64,000 nt of DNA from a virus. How positions within the stretch are numbered: the first letter of the stretch is position 1; each line of letters opens with the position of its first letter. A model generated the notes under the pieces. It saw only the letters and a program-made list of their open reading frames with translations, did no database searches and was not told where the DNA came from. The DNA lies in IMG/VR virus record IMGVR_UViG_3300042090_003221, positions 1 to 64,000 of that record. One strand, 5' to 3'. A program made the position numbers and the translations under genes. Shown here one piece after another: positions 18,443-27,899 of the stretch.

Positions 18443-18889
18443 TCACCCGAATAGGAGAGCGTTGATCATGCTGGTCGTCTGCGCCACATAGGCGAGCGTC
18501 GGCACGTTTTCCGGAGTCGCATAGTTGTCGCCGTAGACGCGAGTGACGCCCTGGTCGAAAGTCAGCGTGCCGCCAAACAAAATGAAGAAGAGCGAGCCCT
18601 GATATTCGAAGCGGACGTCATAGACGTATTGGCCGCTCAAGCTCTCGACGGTCGCGAGCGGCATTTGCAGCGTCAGTGTCGCGACAGCTCCCGCGACCGA
18701 GAGGGCGGCGCCGCCGTTCGCCAGATTGAGTTCGATGAGAGGTTCGGGGTCCGTCGCTGCGGTGCGGATCTGCGCTCGGATAAAGCCGCTCTGCAGCGGA
18801 TAGACGCCGAGATATAGGCTGATGTCCTGCGCCCAAACAAACGAGGCGGTATTGAATGCCTCAATATCAACCTCGTTTGCGTAGCTCAT
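18443..18889 (-). CDS. Baseplate-upper (BppU-like) adaptor
   Basis: RAQIR...G.YVYD...G....GVTR pattern. Confidence 0.6.
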   Translation of the reverse strand: MSYANEVDIEAFNTASFVWAQDISLYLGVYPLQSGFIRAQIRTAATDPEPLIELNLANGGAALSVAGAVATLTLQMPLATVESLSGQYVYDVRFEYQGSLFFILFGGTLTFDQGVTRVYGDNYATPENVPTLAYVAQTTSMINALLFG

Positions 18890-18892
18890 CTC

Positions 18893-20569
18893 TTACACCC
18901 AGCCGAAGAGGACGATTCCGTTGGGGCCGACGGTGCCGCGGCAGCCGTTGGGCGTCCCGCCGCGCCGGTCGAAGGCGCTGCCGACGGTGAAGTTCTGCGT
19001 GGACGCGGGGGTGAAGTAGCCATTGGCGACTACGGTGACCGCGGCGCCGTTCGCCGCCGCATTCTGCGCGACACCAACGACAGAGGACCCGCTGACGTTC
19101 GTTGTCGTCGTCACAGGCACGTTGACGGCGACGGTCGTCGTAAAGAAGTAGGTGAAGACCATGCCGTCGACGTCGCAATGCGGAATCGGGGCGTTGCAGT
19201 CGTTTGGCCCGAAGGGAAGATGGTTGAACGGATTCGGGCAATCCGGAGTGCTTCGGATGATGACGCCGCGATGGTCGCAGTGGATCGCGCGCACCTCGAT
19301 GCTGCCCGCGATGGCGACATAGCGGTTGATGCAAATCGAAGCGCCCGCGAGGCCGCAGTAGAAATGCAAGACCGGAGCGGAGCCGGCCGGAGGCGAGTGA
19401 GCGGACGAATCGATCAGGACATTGATCGCGACGTTGTTGCCGCTGAAATCGAAGAAGGAGCCGTAGGTGTTCGGCGCGTTGGCGTTGCCGTGGAAACAGG
19501 CGAACCCCGCCGGGGTCAGCGTGATCGGGCACGCATATCCGCTGTCGTGATACTGGTTGCCGAAGTCGCACTGCTTGACGAGGACGCCGAGCGCGCTGAG
19601 GACGAAAATATTCGCGTAAGCGTTGGAGGAGGACCCCGGCAACACCCAGGCGATATTACCGTTGGGGAGCTCGATCAGCCGCATGTGCTGCGGATGCATG
19701 CGCGCCTGATCTGGAGCGCCGAATGGCGCCGTCGCCGTCGACGGCATTTTCGGACCCCAGGAGATGACGCCGACGTTCGTCAGTCGGTACATCTTATGCA
19801 GCGAATGGTTGCCGTCGAAGCACGAGATCAGGAAATCGCCATTCGCGCATGGCGTGCAGCCGTGATATCCGCCGTTGATTGAGGTGTCGACCTGAATGAC
19901 CGCGGTCACCGCGGTTCCGCCGATGGTTTCGAAAATCTGCGTGCGAAGGACGCCCGACGTCGTACACCACGACAGGGCGATGTTGCCGTTCGGAAGCAGG
20001 CAGTGCCCGTGCCAGGGCACGAGGCCGGCGACATAGACCGAGGTCTCGACCGTGACCGGGGAGACGATCTGGACGCCCTGCGGGGTATGCACGGCGAACT
20101 TGAGGCTCGACCCGACATGCCACAGGGTAGCGACGTTGCCGTTGGCGAGCGCGATCACGTAGGGAACGCAGTTCGAAGAGTCCGACGACACCTGAAGGAA
20201 GTTCGTGCTCTGCGCGCCGGAAGAGCTGTGGCGGCAGAAGCCGATGCCGGCGGAGGTCTGCATCGCGATGATGTACGAAAGGTCGAGGCAGCGAATCGGG
20301 TGACCCATGCACCTCGCCGTGGTCATGCCGGCAAGCACGATGTTCTCGATCACCGTCGTTTCGGTGATCTGGGTCACGAGGCCGCCGTCGCGATTGATGA
20401 TGTCCCAGCCCAGCGTCTGATCGGTGCGGCGGACCGCGCCGGACTCGAACAGCGTGCAGAGCTCGCCGGCTGCAATGGGGCCGTTGGCGATGGCGTTGAG
20501 AATTCCGGTCGAGAGGAACCCCGAATTCTGGGCGTAGACGCTATCGGGGCGCCACTGGAAACGAGACAT
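18893..20569 (-). CDS. Putative receptor-binding/beta-propeller-like virion protein
   Basis: Repeated L(A/P)NGN(V/I)A motifs; C-terminal VVGVAQNAA. Confidence 0.65.
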   Translation of the reverse strand: MSRFQWRPDSVYAQNSGFLSTGILNAIANGPIAAGELCTLFESGAVRRTDQTLGWDIINRDGGLVTQITETTVIENIVLAGMTTARCMGHPIRCLDLSYIIAMQTSAGIGFCRHSSSGAQSTNFLQVSSDSSNCVPYVIALANGNVATLWHVGSSLKFAVHTPQGVQIVSPVTVETSVYVAGLVPWHGHCLLPNGNIALSWCTTSGVLRTQIFETIGGTAVTAVIQVDTSINGGYHGCTPCANGDFLISCFDGNHSLHKMYRLTNVGVISWGPKMPSTATAPFGAPDQARMHPQHMRLIELPNGNIAWVLPGSSSNAYANIFVLSALGVLVKQCDFGNQYHDSGYACPITLTPAGFACFHGNANAPNTYGSFFDFSGNNVAINVLIDSSAHSPPAGSAPVLHFYCGLAGASICINRYVAIAGSIEVRAIHCDHRGVIIRSTPDCPNPFNHLPFGPNDCNAPIPHCDVDGMVFTYFFTTTVAVNVPVTTTTNVSGSSVVGVAQNAAANGAAVTVVANGYFTPASTQNFTVGSAFDRRGGTPNGCRGTVGPNGIVLFGWV

Positions 20570-20580
20570 GCGTCAATCCT

Positions 20581-20889
20581 TTAGATCGGGAGACCTTGAA
20601 CGGTGATGCTGACGCCCGGCGCTGAGGGGTTCGCGTAAATCGCGTCGCCGTTGCCCATCGAGATGCCGGCGCGCTCGTAGGCGCAATTCGCGTCCAACGA
20701 CAGGGCGTATTCGAAGGCGTGCTTGACAGCGGGCGCACCAACTCCGTTCGGAACCCAATACAGGGTCACATTGATCGCGGCGCCCGAGCGATTGGTCAGC
20801 ATGACCGTGACGAGGTCGCCGTTCGCGTCTCCGGACGTGAAGACGCTGTTGTTCGTGGCTGCCGTCAAATCGGCTTGCGCGAAAATCAT
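20581..20889 (-). CDS. Small virion protein
   Basis: NRS...V.L...ERAGI....GD.IY...G pattern; GAGG RBS. Confidence 0.7.
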   Translation of the reverse strand: MIFAQADLTAATNNSVFTSGDANGDLVTVMLTNRSGAAINVTLYWVPNGVGAPAVKHAFEYALSLDANCAYERAGISMGNGDAIYANPSAPGVSITVQGLPI

Positions 20890-20975
20890 CTTCGCCTCAT
20901 GGGAACATGGGTTGTCGGCCCCCCGCGTCGCCATGACGCGGGGGCTGGGCTGGTTTTCTTCGAATTCTTAGGGAG

Positions 20976-22178
20976 TTAGCCGAAGCATCCCGAAATGTAG
21001 GCGAGCCGCCCGAGCGTCGGGACTTGGACCTCGACCCAGGACGTGCCGTTGTTGTTGAAGAAGCGGTTGGTGTCGGACATGCCGATCAGCGACCCTTCGG
21101 GGTAGTTGCGATAGACCCAGGCGCTGCCCGTCCATTGGCAGAGCTTGCCGCCTTGCCCGGACCACGCCCCCGTAGCGCCGGAGGGGATCAGATAGGCGTC
21201 GCCTGGATACGGGCTCACGGGCGGCGAGAGGATGCTCTTGGAGTTGAGCGCGAGCCAATAAGGGCGGAGCTGGCCGAGGATATCGTTCCAGTCCGCCGGG
21301 TTCCCGCCTCCGGTCGATCCGATCGCGAGCGGGTTCAGGAGCTGACACTCGACGCCGTCGTAGCAGAGCCACGCAATGAAGCCGGATTTGAGGTCGTTGG
21401 CCTGGACGGGGGAGCCCGCGCCGCGCACAACCGGGGTCAGGCCGAGGTTGTTGATGTTGATCTGCGTCGCGCCGGTGTTCGTGTTCGCGATGTAGACGCC
21501 AATCCACAACGGGGTTGAATACGCCGCGATTGTCTGATCGGTCGCGACGATGATCTGGTTCGGCGTCACCGAGACGTCGCGCCCGTAGTGGACGACCATG
21601 TTCGGGTAGGGATTGTTGCCGATATTCGAAAGCAACTGAAACTGGACGCCGTCATAGCTGACAAGAATCTTGCCGCCGGCGGTGAGGTCGCCCGCATTGA
21701 GCGGGTTGAGCAGGGTCGACTTCAGAGGCTTCGGCGCCATGCCGTTGACCGAAATCGTCGTCGCCCCGCTGGCGCCAATGAGCTGGTTGGTGGCGAATAC
21801 GTCGATCAGGAAGCTCATCGGAACCGCGTATTTGGTGTACGCGGGGCTCGGGTTGATCGCGATGGCGTTGGCGACGCCTCCGTCCTGACAGTCGGGGATA
21901 CCGACGAACATTTCCTTCAGCGCAGCGACGAAGTTCGCTTCGAAGTTCGGGATATTGCCATCGTCGGTGACCGAGTTCGGGCCGTAGTCAGCGGTGAATT
22001 GCCCGATCATCGCAGCGACGAATGACGTCTGCCGCAACACGGTGTTGAACTGATTCGACGCGACCGTTCCGGACTGAAAACCTTGCTGGAGCGCGGTCAG
22101 TGCGGCGTAAATCTGCGGGGAAACGACGTTCGCCGCCGCGCCCGTGGCGAACGGCAGGATTTGGTTGATGTTCGGCAT
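20976..22178 (-). CDS. Proximal tail fibre with C-terminal DUF2793-like domain
   Basis: N-terminal FATG..ANV...GFQSG..S...N..LRQ; PP.SP..GDAYLIPSGATGAWSG. Confidence 0.85.
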   Translation of the reverse strand: MPNINQILPFATGAAANVVSPQIYAALTALQQGFQSGTVASNQFNTVLRQTSFVAAMIGQFTADYGPNSVTDDGNIPNFEANFVAALKEMFVGIPDCQDGGVANAIAINPSPAYTKYAVPMSFLIDVFATNQLIGASGATTISVNGMAPKPLKSTLLNPLNAGDLTAGGKILVSYDGVQFQLLSNIGNNPYPNMVVHYGRDVSVTPNQIIVATDQTIAAYSTPLWIGVYIANTNTGATQININNLGLTPVVRGAGSPVQANDLKSGFIAWLCYDGVECQLLNPLAIGSTGGGNPADWNDILGQLRPYWLALNSKSILSPPVSPYPGDAYLIPSGATGAWSGQGGKLCQWTGSAWVYRNYPEGSLIGMSDTNRFFNNNGTSWVEVQVPTLGRLAYISGCFG

Positions 22179-22181
22179 GGG

Positions 22182-22931
22182 TTATCCCAACTCAGACAGG
22201 GCGAGGAGCGCGGCGTCGGAGGCGGCGAGCGTCGACGCGTCGACGCCCCACGCGGCGTGATCGAGGCCGCCGACATAGTCGTTGTCGACGTCCAGGCCGA
22301 AGATTGGCTCGCCGTTGACCGAGGTCACAAGATAGGTCACCGTCACCGTCGCCGGCTTGATGCCGAGAATGTCCTGCGAGAGAACCTCGACGTCGACGAT
22401 ATTGGGGATCACGCCGGAGATTCCGACGACCATCTGCATTTCGAGCGCGGTTCCGGACGCGACCGCAAACCCCTTGTCTTCGACGAAGGTGAAAGTTCCG
22501 GTCCCGGGCAGCATGAAGGTGTCGATCACCGTCTTGGCGACCGGAACCGAGCCGTCCCATTCGTTCGAGATGGCGACCGCCTTGAGGACACGGCGGAAAG
22601 CGTCGTCGTCCATGAACGAATAGGTGACGCCGGGATTTATGTCCTCGTCGTACCAGATGCTCTGGTCGGCGCCTCGGAGCGGATCGTCAAAGGCGAAGAA
22701 CACATTTTGCAGCGGCAGCGGAACCGCGCGCGTGCGCCCCACGCGCGCGCCGACGGCGTCGAGCTGGACGCCGACGGCGGTGTCGATGTCGAAATAGTAG
22801 GTCGGCAGCTGCGAGACGAGGGTTGCCGCGTCGATAAGAGGCTGCAGGAGCAACGCGAGTTCGGCGTTGAACAGCGGCTTATTCGAATGGAGCGGCGGGA
22901 CCTTCGAGAGATAGTAGGAGACGTCTCTCAT
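22182..22931 (-). CDS. Baseplate protein, DUF2612-like
   Basis: FDIDTAVGVQLD.VG..VG; DD..FR..LKA...N.WDGS. Confidence 0.85.
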   Translation of the reverse strand: MRDVSYYLSKVPPLHSNKPLFNAELALLLQPLIDAATLVSQLPTYYFDIDTAVGVQLDAVGARVGRTRAVPLPLQNVFFAFDDPLRGADQSIWYDEDINPGVTYSFMDDDAFRRVLKAVAISNEWDGSVPVAKTVIDTFMLPGTGTFTFVEDKGFAVASGTALEMQMVVGISGVIPNIVDVEVLSQDILGIKPATVTVTYLVTSVNGEPIFGLDVDNDYVGGLDHAAWGVDASTLAASDAALLALSELG

Positions 22932-24109
22932 GCCAGCGCGACTGTGATCTTCACGCTATCGGGCGTGCAAGTGAACAGGTCGGTGAACTTCGCCGAGACG
23001 TCGGCCGTCGACGCCGCCGCGTTGGCCCTCGCCACCGCCAGCGACAGGATCTCGTATTTCAGGCTCGCCGGGGCGCCGTTCAGGTTGGCGGGGACGTTGA
23101 GGCGATTGGTCAGGAGGCTGACGCCGGCGCCGAGCCCGTTGATGTAGGCGGAGACAGCTTTCTGGATCTGGACGCCGACGTCGACCGTGTAGCCGGAGAG
23201 CGCGCGGATGCGGATCGAGGGATAGATCGGGACCAAAGTCGGAGCAAACCAGTTGATCGCGTGGCCGATGCCGTAGGGGTCGACATAGGTCCCGCCGACC
23301 GTCCCGTAAGTGTTGGACCCCGGGCTCTTGCTGGCGCCGATAGCGCGGGCGATCGACGGCGCATCTCCGCCCGCGACCACGAAAGCCATCGCGCGGCCCG
23401 GGATGCCATTGGCGTCAGGCGAGTCCGTGTCGTTCTCGTAGCCTTGGCAGCTCGTCACCGTCGAAATCGCGAGAATGTTGCCGACAATGCCGGCGAGCGT
23501 CGACATCGAGGGGCCGCCCGTCGAAAGCGACTGGCGCTGGCGCAATTGGGCGTCGTTTTCCACGGGAAGACCAAGGCTCGCCGCCGCCACCGCGGTCGCG
23601 GACTGCCAGCCGATCGCTTCCAGCGAGATCGAGAACGTCGCCCCCACGGAGACGGAGATCGCGCCAGCGACGGTGCATGTCGCGGTCACGTTGATGACGC
23701 CGGCGGCCGGGATCGTGACGCTTGCGGGAAGCGCCCAATCGTTGCCGGCCTCGTCGGTGATGACGCCGTTCGGAATCGGGGTGTAGGCGACACCGACGAT
23801 GGCGACGGTGACCGTCGAGTAGGACGGCGCTTTGCGCGCCATGCCGTTGGTCTTGATGATGCTGGAGAGACCCGCGCCCTGCGCGGTCGTCGGGGAATAG
23901 GCGTTGTACGAGGAGACGATGCCGGCGTTGACGTCGTCGATCGCGACCGAGAACAGGCCCAGGAGCTCGCCGTCCTGGGCGTCGCTACCCAAGTAAGTGT
24001 CAGACCCGTAAATGCCCTGATATCCGGACACAAAGTATTCGAGGATGGCCCCAAGCGTAGGCCGCTCGATACCCGCCGCGGAGATCGAGCAAATGGGCGT
24101 ATTTCCCAT
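22928..24109 (-). CDS. Baseplate J/gp47 family protein
   Basis: IYG.D....DG, A.G..L, END..LR.R, YENDT...D.NG.P. Confidence 0.9.
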   Translation of the reverse strand: MGNTPICSISAAGIERPTLGAILEYFVSGYQGIYGSDTYLGSDAQDGELLGLFSVAIDDVNAGIVSSYNAYSPTTAQGAGLSSIIKTNGMARKAPSYSTVTVAIVGVAYTPIPNGVITDEAGNDWALPASVTIPAAGVINVTATCTVAGAISVSVGATFSISLEAIGWQSATAVAAASLGLPVENDAQLRQRQSLSTGGPSMSTLAGIVGNILAISTVTSCQGYENDTDSPDANGIPGRAMAFVVAGGDAPSIARAIGASKSPGSNTYGTVGGTYVDPYGIGHAINWFAPTLVPIYPSIRIRALSGYTVDVGVQIQKAVSAYINGLGAGVSLLTNRLNVPANLNGAPASLKYEILSLAVARANAAASTADVSAKFTDLFTCTPDSVKITVALA

Positions 24110-24125
24110 GAAAAGACGCCCCTAG

Positions 24126-24482
24126 TTAGATAGGTCCCGCTATGGTGATCTGACCGTAAAGCGTGCTGATATCAGCGTGCGCGGTCCAGGCGCGGCTCTG
24201 ACGGTCTAGTTCGCTGTTATAGCCGTTGATTTGCGTCACGCCGGGCGTCGCGTAAATGCGATCCTGCACCGCCATGTCGCGCAAGCTATCGGTGTACTTG
24301 CCCAAGACTTCAGTCGCCCAAGGCATGCCGTCGGCGACATTGAGGAACCATTGCCCTTTCCAGAGCTCCAGTCGCGTCAACACCGCCTGCCCGACGCCCT
24401 CGCGCTGATTGACCCAAAAGTCGGCCTGACTGTGCCCGAAGGTTCTGTCTCCGGTCGGCGAAAGCTTGCGGTAACGCATCAC
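24126..24482 (-). CDS. Baseplate wedge/sheath initiator (gp46/gp25-like)
   Basis: MRYRKL...GD..FG; RL.LW.G.WFL...G.PW; T.YG. Confidence 0.85.
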   Translation of the reverse strand: MMRYRKLSPTGDRTFGHSQADFWVNQREGVGQAVLTRLELWKGQWFLNVADGMPWATEVLGKYTDSLRDMAVQDRIYATPGVTQINGYNSELDRQSRAWTAHADISTLYGQITIAGPI

Positions 24483-25948
24483 ATGCCCCCGGTCGCGCCC
24501 GGCTGCGTTGCGTCCGCATCCGGAAACGCCTGGGCGGATGCCGCGTCAGTGTCACTCAGCGCGAAAATCGAGTTGATCGCAGCCGTCAGCGCTGCGAGCT
24601 GCGGCGTCGAGATCGCCGCGGCGATGGCCTGCTCATTCGCGTCCAGGCCCGCGCCGGCGCCGGCGATGGCGAGCGCTGTATTGAGCAGCGGCGCGGCGTC
24701 GTTCATGGTCGAGATCGCGGCTGAGGAATTCGTCATCAAGGCGGCGATCTGCGCCGTCCAGCTGTTGACCGTCGCCGTGGCGGCCGTCGGCGTCGTCGCG
24801 CCAGCGACTACGGAGGCGGAGAGTGTGGTGAGGCTCGATGTCAGGCCCGAGAGGGTTGACCCACTCTGCAACGGCGCCAGAACAGTCGAAAGCGAGACGC
24901 TGGACGGCGCGGTCGACGAGCCGAAGAATTGCGAGAGGCTCTGCGCGTGGCTAAGCAGGTCCGTGAGGCCGAAGCCGCCGACGCCGGCCGCCGTGACGCC
25001 GGAAAGCGCGCTGACGCCGCCCATGAGGCCGCTGAGCGCATCCGAGAGGCCACCCGAGCCCGACAGCGCGGACATGAGTCCGCCGGCTCCGGAAACGCCG
25101 CCAAGCGCGCTAACGGCCGACGTGATGGCGCCCGAGAGCGCGCCGCCAGCGGCGGCGATCGGTGACGCGAACATCGAGCTCGCGCCGCCGCCCATAAGGC
25201 TGGACATAATCGAGGCGATTCCGCCGCCGCCAGCGCCCCCAGCGCCTGCGCCGATCGATTTCGTGGCGATCTGCTTACGGTTCGCGAAGCTGTCGCCGGG
25301 AGGGGGGAGGGGGTCTTGCTTGATGCAGTTGATAAGGACTTTGGCGGCGTTCTTCAGGATTTTGCCCGGAAGATGCAATGTCCCAGCACCTCCGCTACCG
25401 GAGCCGCCGACCTGGGTCAAGTGCTTTTTCGTCGAGACCGATGACAGGCCGTTTTGCGGGTGATAGTCGCGGACGTGATTTCCGTCGTCGCTTCGGTCTT
25501 GGCCGGACGATGTCGACGGTGGCGGATTGAGCTTGCGCGGGTTCGAGCGCCCGCCCGGGATCCATCGGCTGTCCGAGAGGTGATGCCGGCGCCCGTCGAC
25601 GGGGTCCTGAACGCCGCCCTTGTCGTGCCACAAGTCCTGCGGCATGCTCAAAAACAGCGAGACGCCCTCGTCGTCTTTCTTGACCGGATGCGTGGCGGTG
25701 ACGCCCCCGCCGCCGGGATAGTGGACCGGCGAGGTATCGAAGTCAGGAAACGGGACCGTCGTCGTCGAGCCGTCGGGAAAAGTGATGATCTGCTTGACAG
25801 TGCTCTGATGCGTCGCGGTGTGCCCGTCGCTATCTTTCGTGATGCTCGACGGGAGAGCGGTCCAAACCTCTTTGAGGACGCCACGAATAGCTTCACGCAA
25901 AGCGGACTCTTCCCGCCCCGATAGGGCGGTCAGGCGCATAACGTCCAT
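24479..25948 (-). CDS. Gp138-like baseplate spike with long Gly/Ala/Ser-rich C-terminal extension
   Basis: WTALP, PV.YP.GGG...T.PV...DEG, R.HHLSD. Confidence 0.75.
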   Translation of the reverse strand: MDVMRLTALSGREESALREAIRGVLKEVWTALPSSITKDSDGHTATHQSTVKQIITFPDGSTTTVPFPDFDTSPVHYPGGGGVTATHPVKKDDEGVSLFLSMPQDLWHDKGGVQDPVDGRRHHLSDSRWIPGGRSNPRKLNPPPSTSSGQDRSDDGNHVRDYHPQNGLSSVSTKKHLTQVGGSGSGGAGTLHLPGKILKNAAKVLINCIKQDPLPPPGDSFANRKQIATKSIGAGAGGAGGGGIASIMSSLMGGGASSMFASPIAAAGGALSGAITSAVSALGGVSGAGGLMSALSGSGGLSDALSGLMGGVSALSGVTAAGVGGFGLTDLLSHAQSLSQFFGSSTAPSSVSLSTVLAPLQSGSTLSGLTSSLTTLSASVVAGATTPTAATATVNSWTAQIAALMTNSSAAISTMNDAAPLLNTALAIAGAGAGLDANEQAIAAAISTPQLAALTAAINSIFALSDTDAASAQAFPDADATQPGATGGM

Positions 25949-25952
25949 GTCG

Positions 25953-26909
25953 TCAGGTCCCGTAGTCGATCGAAACGGGCGTGGTGTCGCCCGGTTTCAG
26001 GACAAGCATGTCCATATACCAAGGTTGACCGCGCGAATCCGCTTCGACGTCGATCTTCACGATGCGGTAAATGCCGTCGGCGGCGATATGCGCGATCAAC
26101 TTAGAATCGGTGTTGTAGTTGTATCCGCCAAGGACATCGCCAGTGACGGGGTTAGTCTGCGGCAAATATCCCTGGATCGCGGATTGGTCGATATGCACGA
26201 GCCCATCGACGATCAGCTGCGAATTGATCAACGACCGCACATAGACGCCTTCCGGCGCCAGCGTCGGCATTCCGATCATGCCCGTCGCGGAATTTAGATC
26301 GTAAGCGCCCGGGATGGAATCCGACGGCTTCAGGATATTGACCAATAAGTTTTGAATCCCCCAGGTCGCGCCCTTGCTCTTGGCGATGTCCTCGACGACC
26401 TTCTTCGCCATGCCGAACAGTGTCACCGAGCGCGGATAGACCGGCTGCGAGAGATCGACGCCTTGCCCGATGAACCCGAGATTGACCGCGTATTTCTGAA
26501 AGGACTGAATCGCCAAATTCAGGTGATCTTTCGGCGTCGAGCCGGGCGGGAAAGTCTTGCTGACGGTGGCGTGAGAGGTGGCGAGATGCCCGTCGGTGCA
26601 GAATATGGTTGTCAACGTGTCGGTCGGGTTCTCGCGGCCATAGATCGGCCACGCCACATGGCCCTTGAACAGGATCCCCGCGTCGCCGCTGTAGCCGGCC
26701 GAGATCGTGACCGGCTGCCCGATCGAGCCCGGGTTTTTGCAGAACGCCTCCGCGGCGCTGCGCAGGTTATTGGTTAGCCGGACCGTGGCGTTGTTGGGGC
26801 TATGAACGGTCCCTTGCTTGATCGAGAACCTGACTCGGATCCCGTCGGTGGCGAAGGTCCCGAGGCCGCCGATCGTGATGTTCCAGGCGCGGAGATAGAA
26901 TTGCGACAT
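25953..26909 (-). CDS. Baseplate hub protein
   Basis: PN.A....N, ISAGY, GREN.TD, TGMIG.P, DG.Y, DSRG.PWY. Confidence 0.82.
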   Translation of the reverse strand: MSQFYLRAWNITIGGLGTFATDGIRVRFSIKQGTVHSPNNATVRLTNNLRSAAEAFCKNPGSIGQPVTISAGYSGDAGILFKGHVAWPIYGRENPTDTLTTIFCTDGHLATSHATVSKTFPPGSTPKDHLNLAIQSFQKYAVNLGFIGQGVDLSQPVYPRSVTLFGMAKKVVEDIAKSKGATWGIQNLLVNILKPSDSIPGAYDLNSATGMIGMPTLAPEGVYVRSLINSQLIVDGLVHIDQSAIQGYLPQTNPVTGDVLGGYNYNTDSKLIAHIAADGIYRIVKIDVEADSRGQPWYMDMLVLKPGDTTPVSIDYGT

Positions 26910-26912
26910 GAC

Positions 26913-27224
26913 TTAGTTGCTGATCCACAAATGCGCGGTGACGCCAAGGTTCCACCACTTCGGAACCGCGAACCTGTCTCCGTCGGTCGTGCAATAGAGC
27001 GAGCAACCAAACCCAAGATACGCGTACTGCGCGAACAGGTCCGCGCCGGTGACCAGCGGAACTCCGCACAGGATTGGGTTGCCGGAAGAATCGCTGATGT
27101 CGAGCAGCCAGCAATCATCGGAGCCGAACTCATAGATGAGGCGGAGCTGGTACGTGACGCCGTTCGGAAACTTGACGGAGACGGTCTGCGGCTGCGGCTT
27201 GAGCGGGATCTCGTAAACGCTCAT
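26913..27224 (-). CDS. Baseplate plug-like small protein
   Basis: YEIPL; W..DI.D..G..I..G.PLVTGADL..QY.YLG. Confidence 0.82.
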   Translation of the reverse strand: MSVYEIPLKPQPQTVSVKFPNGVTYQLRLIYEFGSDDCWLLDISDSSGNPILCGVPLVTGADLFAQYAYLGFGCSLYCTTDGDRFAVPKWWNLGVTAHLWISN

Positions 27225-27889
27225 AGTGCTGCCTGCAGCTGAGATGCGAGGGACTGCCAGTCCATGCCGCTCGACGCGCCGGGGAGGCTCAACGAGGGGG
27301 TCCCGCTCGACGCGGGATCGTTCGGCCAAGTGACCGCTCCGGTGGAGTCGGGGGTAACGGAGCCCGGATCCGCCGCCGCCGCCGCCCCGCTGTCGATCGC
27401 CGCGCTACCGCTTGTGGGTGACGACGAGCTCGTCGCCGACGACCCGACGATGATGATTTGCTGTGCGATGATCGTGACCATGAGCGCGTATTCGCTGTCC
27501 GGGTCGGTCTTGACGCCAAGCGACGCCATCAGCATTGACGTGTAAGCGCGCTTTCCGGTGCGGACTGCAAACGGCTGGCGCGACGCCTGGAGCGCAAGGA
27601 GTTCCTGGTAGACCGTCTGGACGAAGCCCTGCGTCGCCGCCGTGGAATCCGACCAGCCGCAACGGATCTCGACCGTGTACGGCTGCATGAAGGAGTGGTC
27701 GGTGACGGGAGTCCCGGTGTCGATCGGGTGTTGGGTGATCTGGAGCCGGTCCTCGTGGACCTCCTCCATGGTGACGTGCGGATAGATACCGCCGATGCTC
27801 CGCTGGCCGCCGGCGATCAGCGCGACGTTGCCGACGATGTCGCCGATCAGCGCGCCGAAGGTCGACGTCGCGGTGAGTTGCGCGGCCAA
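27221..27889 (-). CDS. Distal tail/tube initiator (Dit-like)
   Basis: EE.H...IT.HP...G....DH; Y..LL.LQ.SR.PF.V.TGKR.Y..M. Confidence 0.8.
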   Translation of the reverse strand: MAAQLTATSTFGALIGDIVGNVALIAGGQRSIGGIYPHVTMEEVHEDRLQITQHPIDTGTPVTDHSFMQPYTVEIRCGWSDSTAATQGFVQTVYQELLALQASRQPFAVRTGKRAYTSMLMASLGVKTDPDSEYALMVTIIAQQIIIVGSSATSSSSPTSGSAAIDSGAAAAADPGSVTPDSTGAVTWPNDPASSGTPSLSLPGASSGMDWQSLASQLQAAL

Positions 27890-27899
27890 AGCTCTGTCC

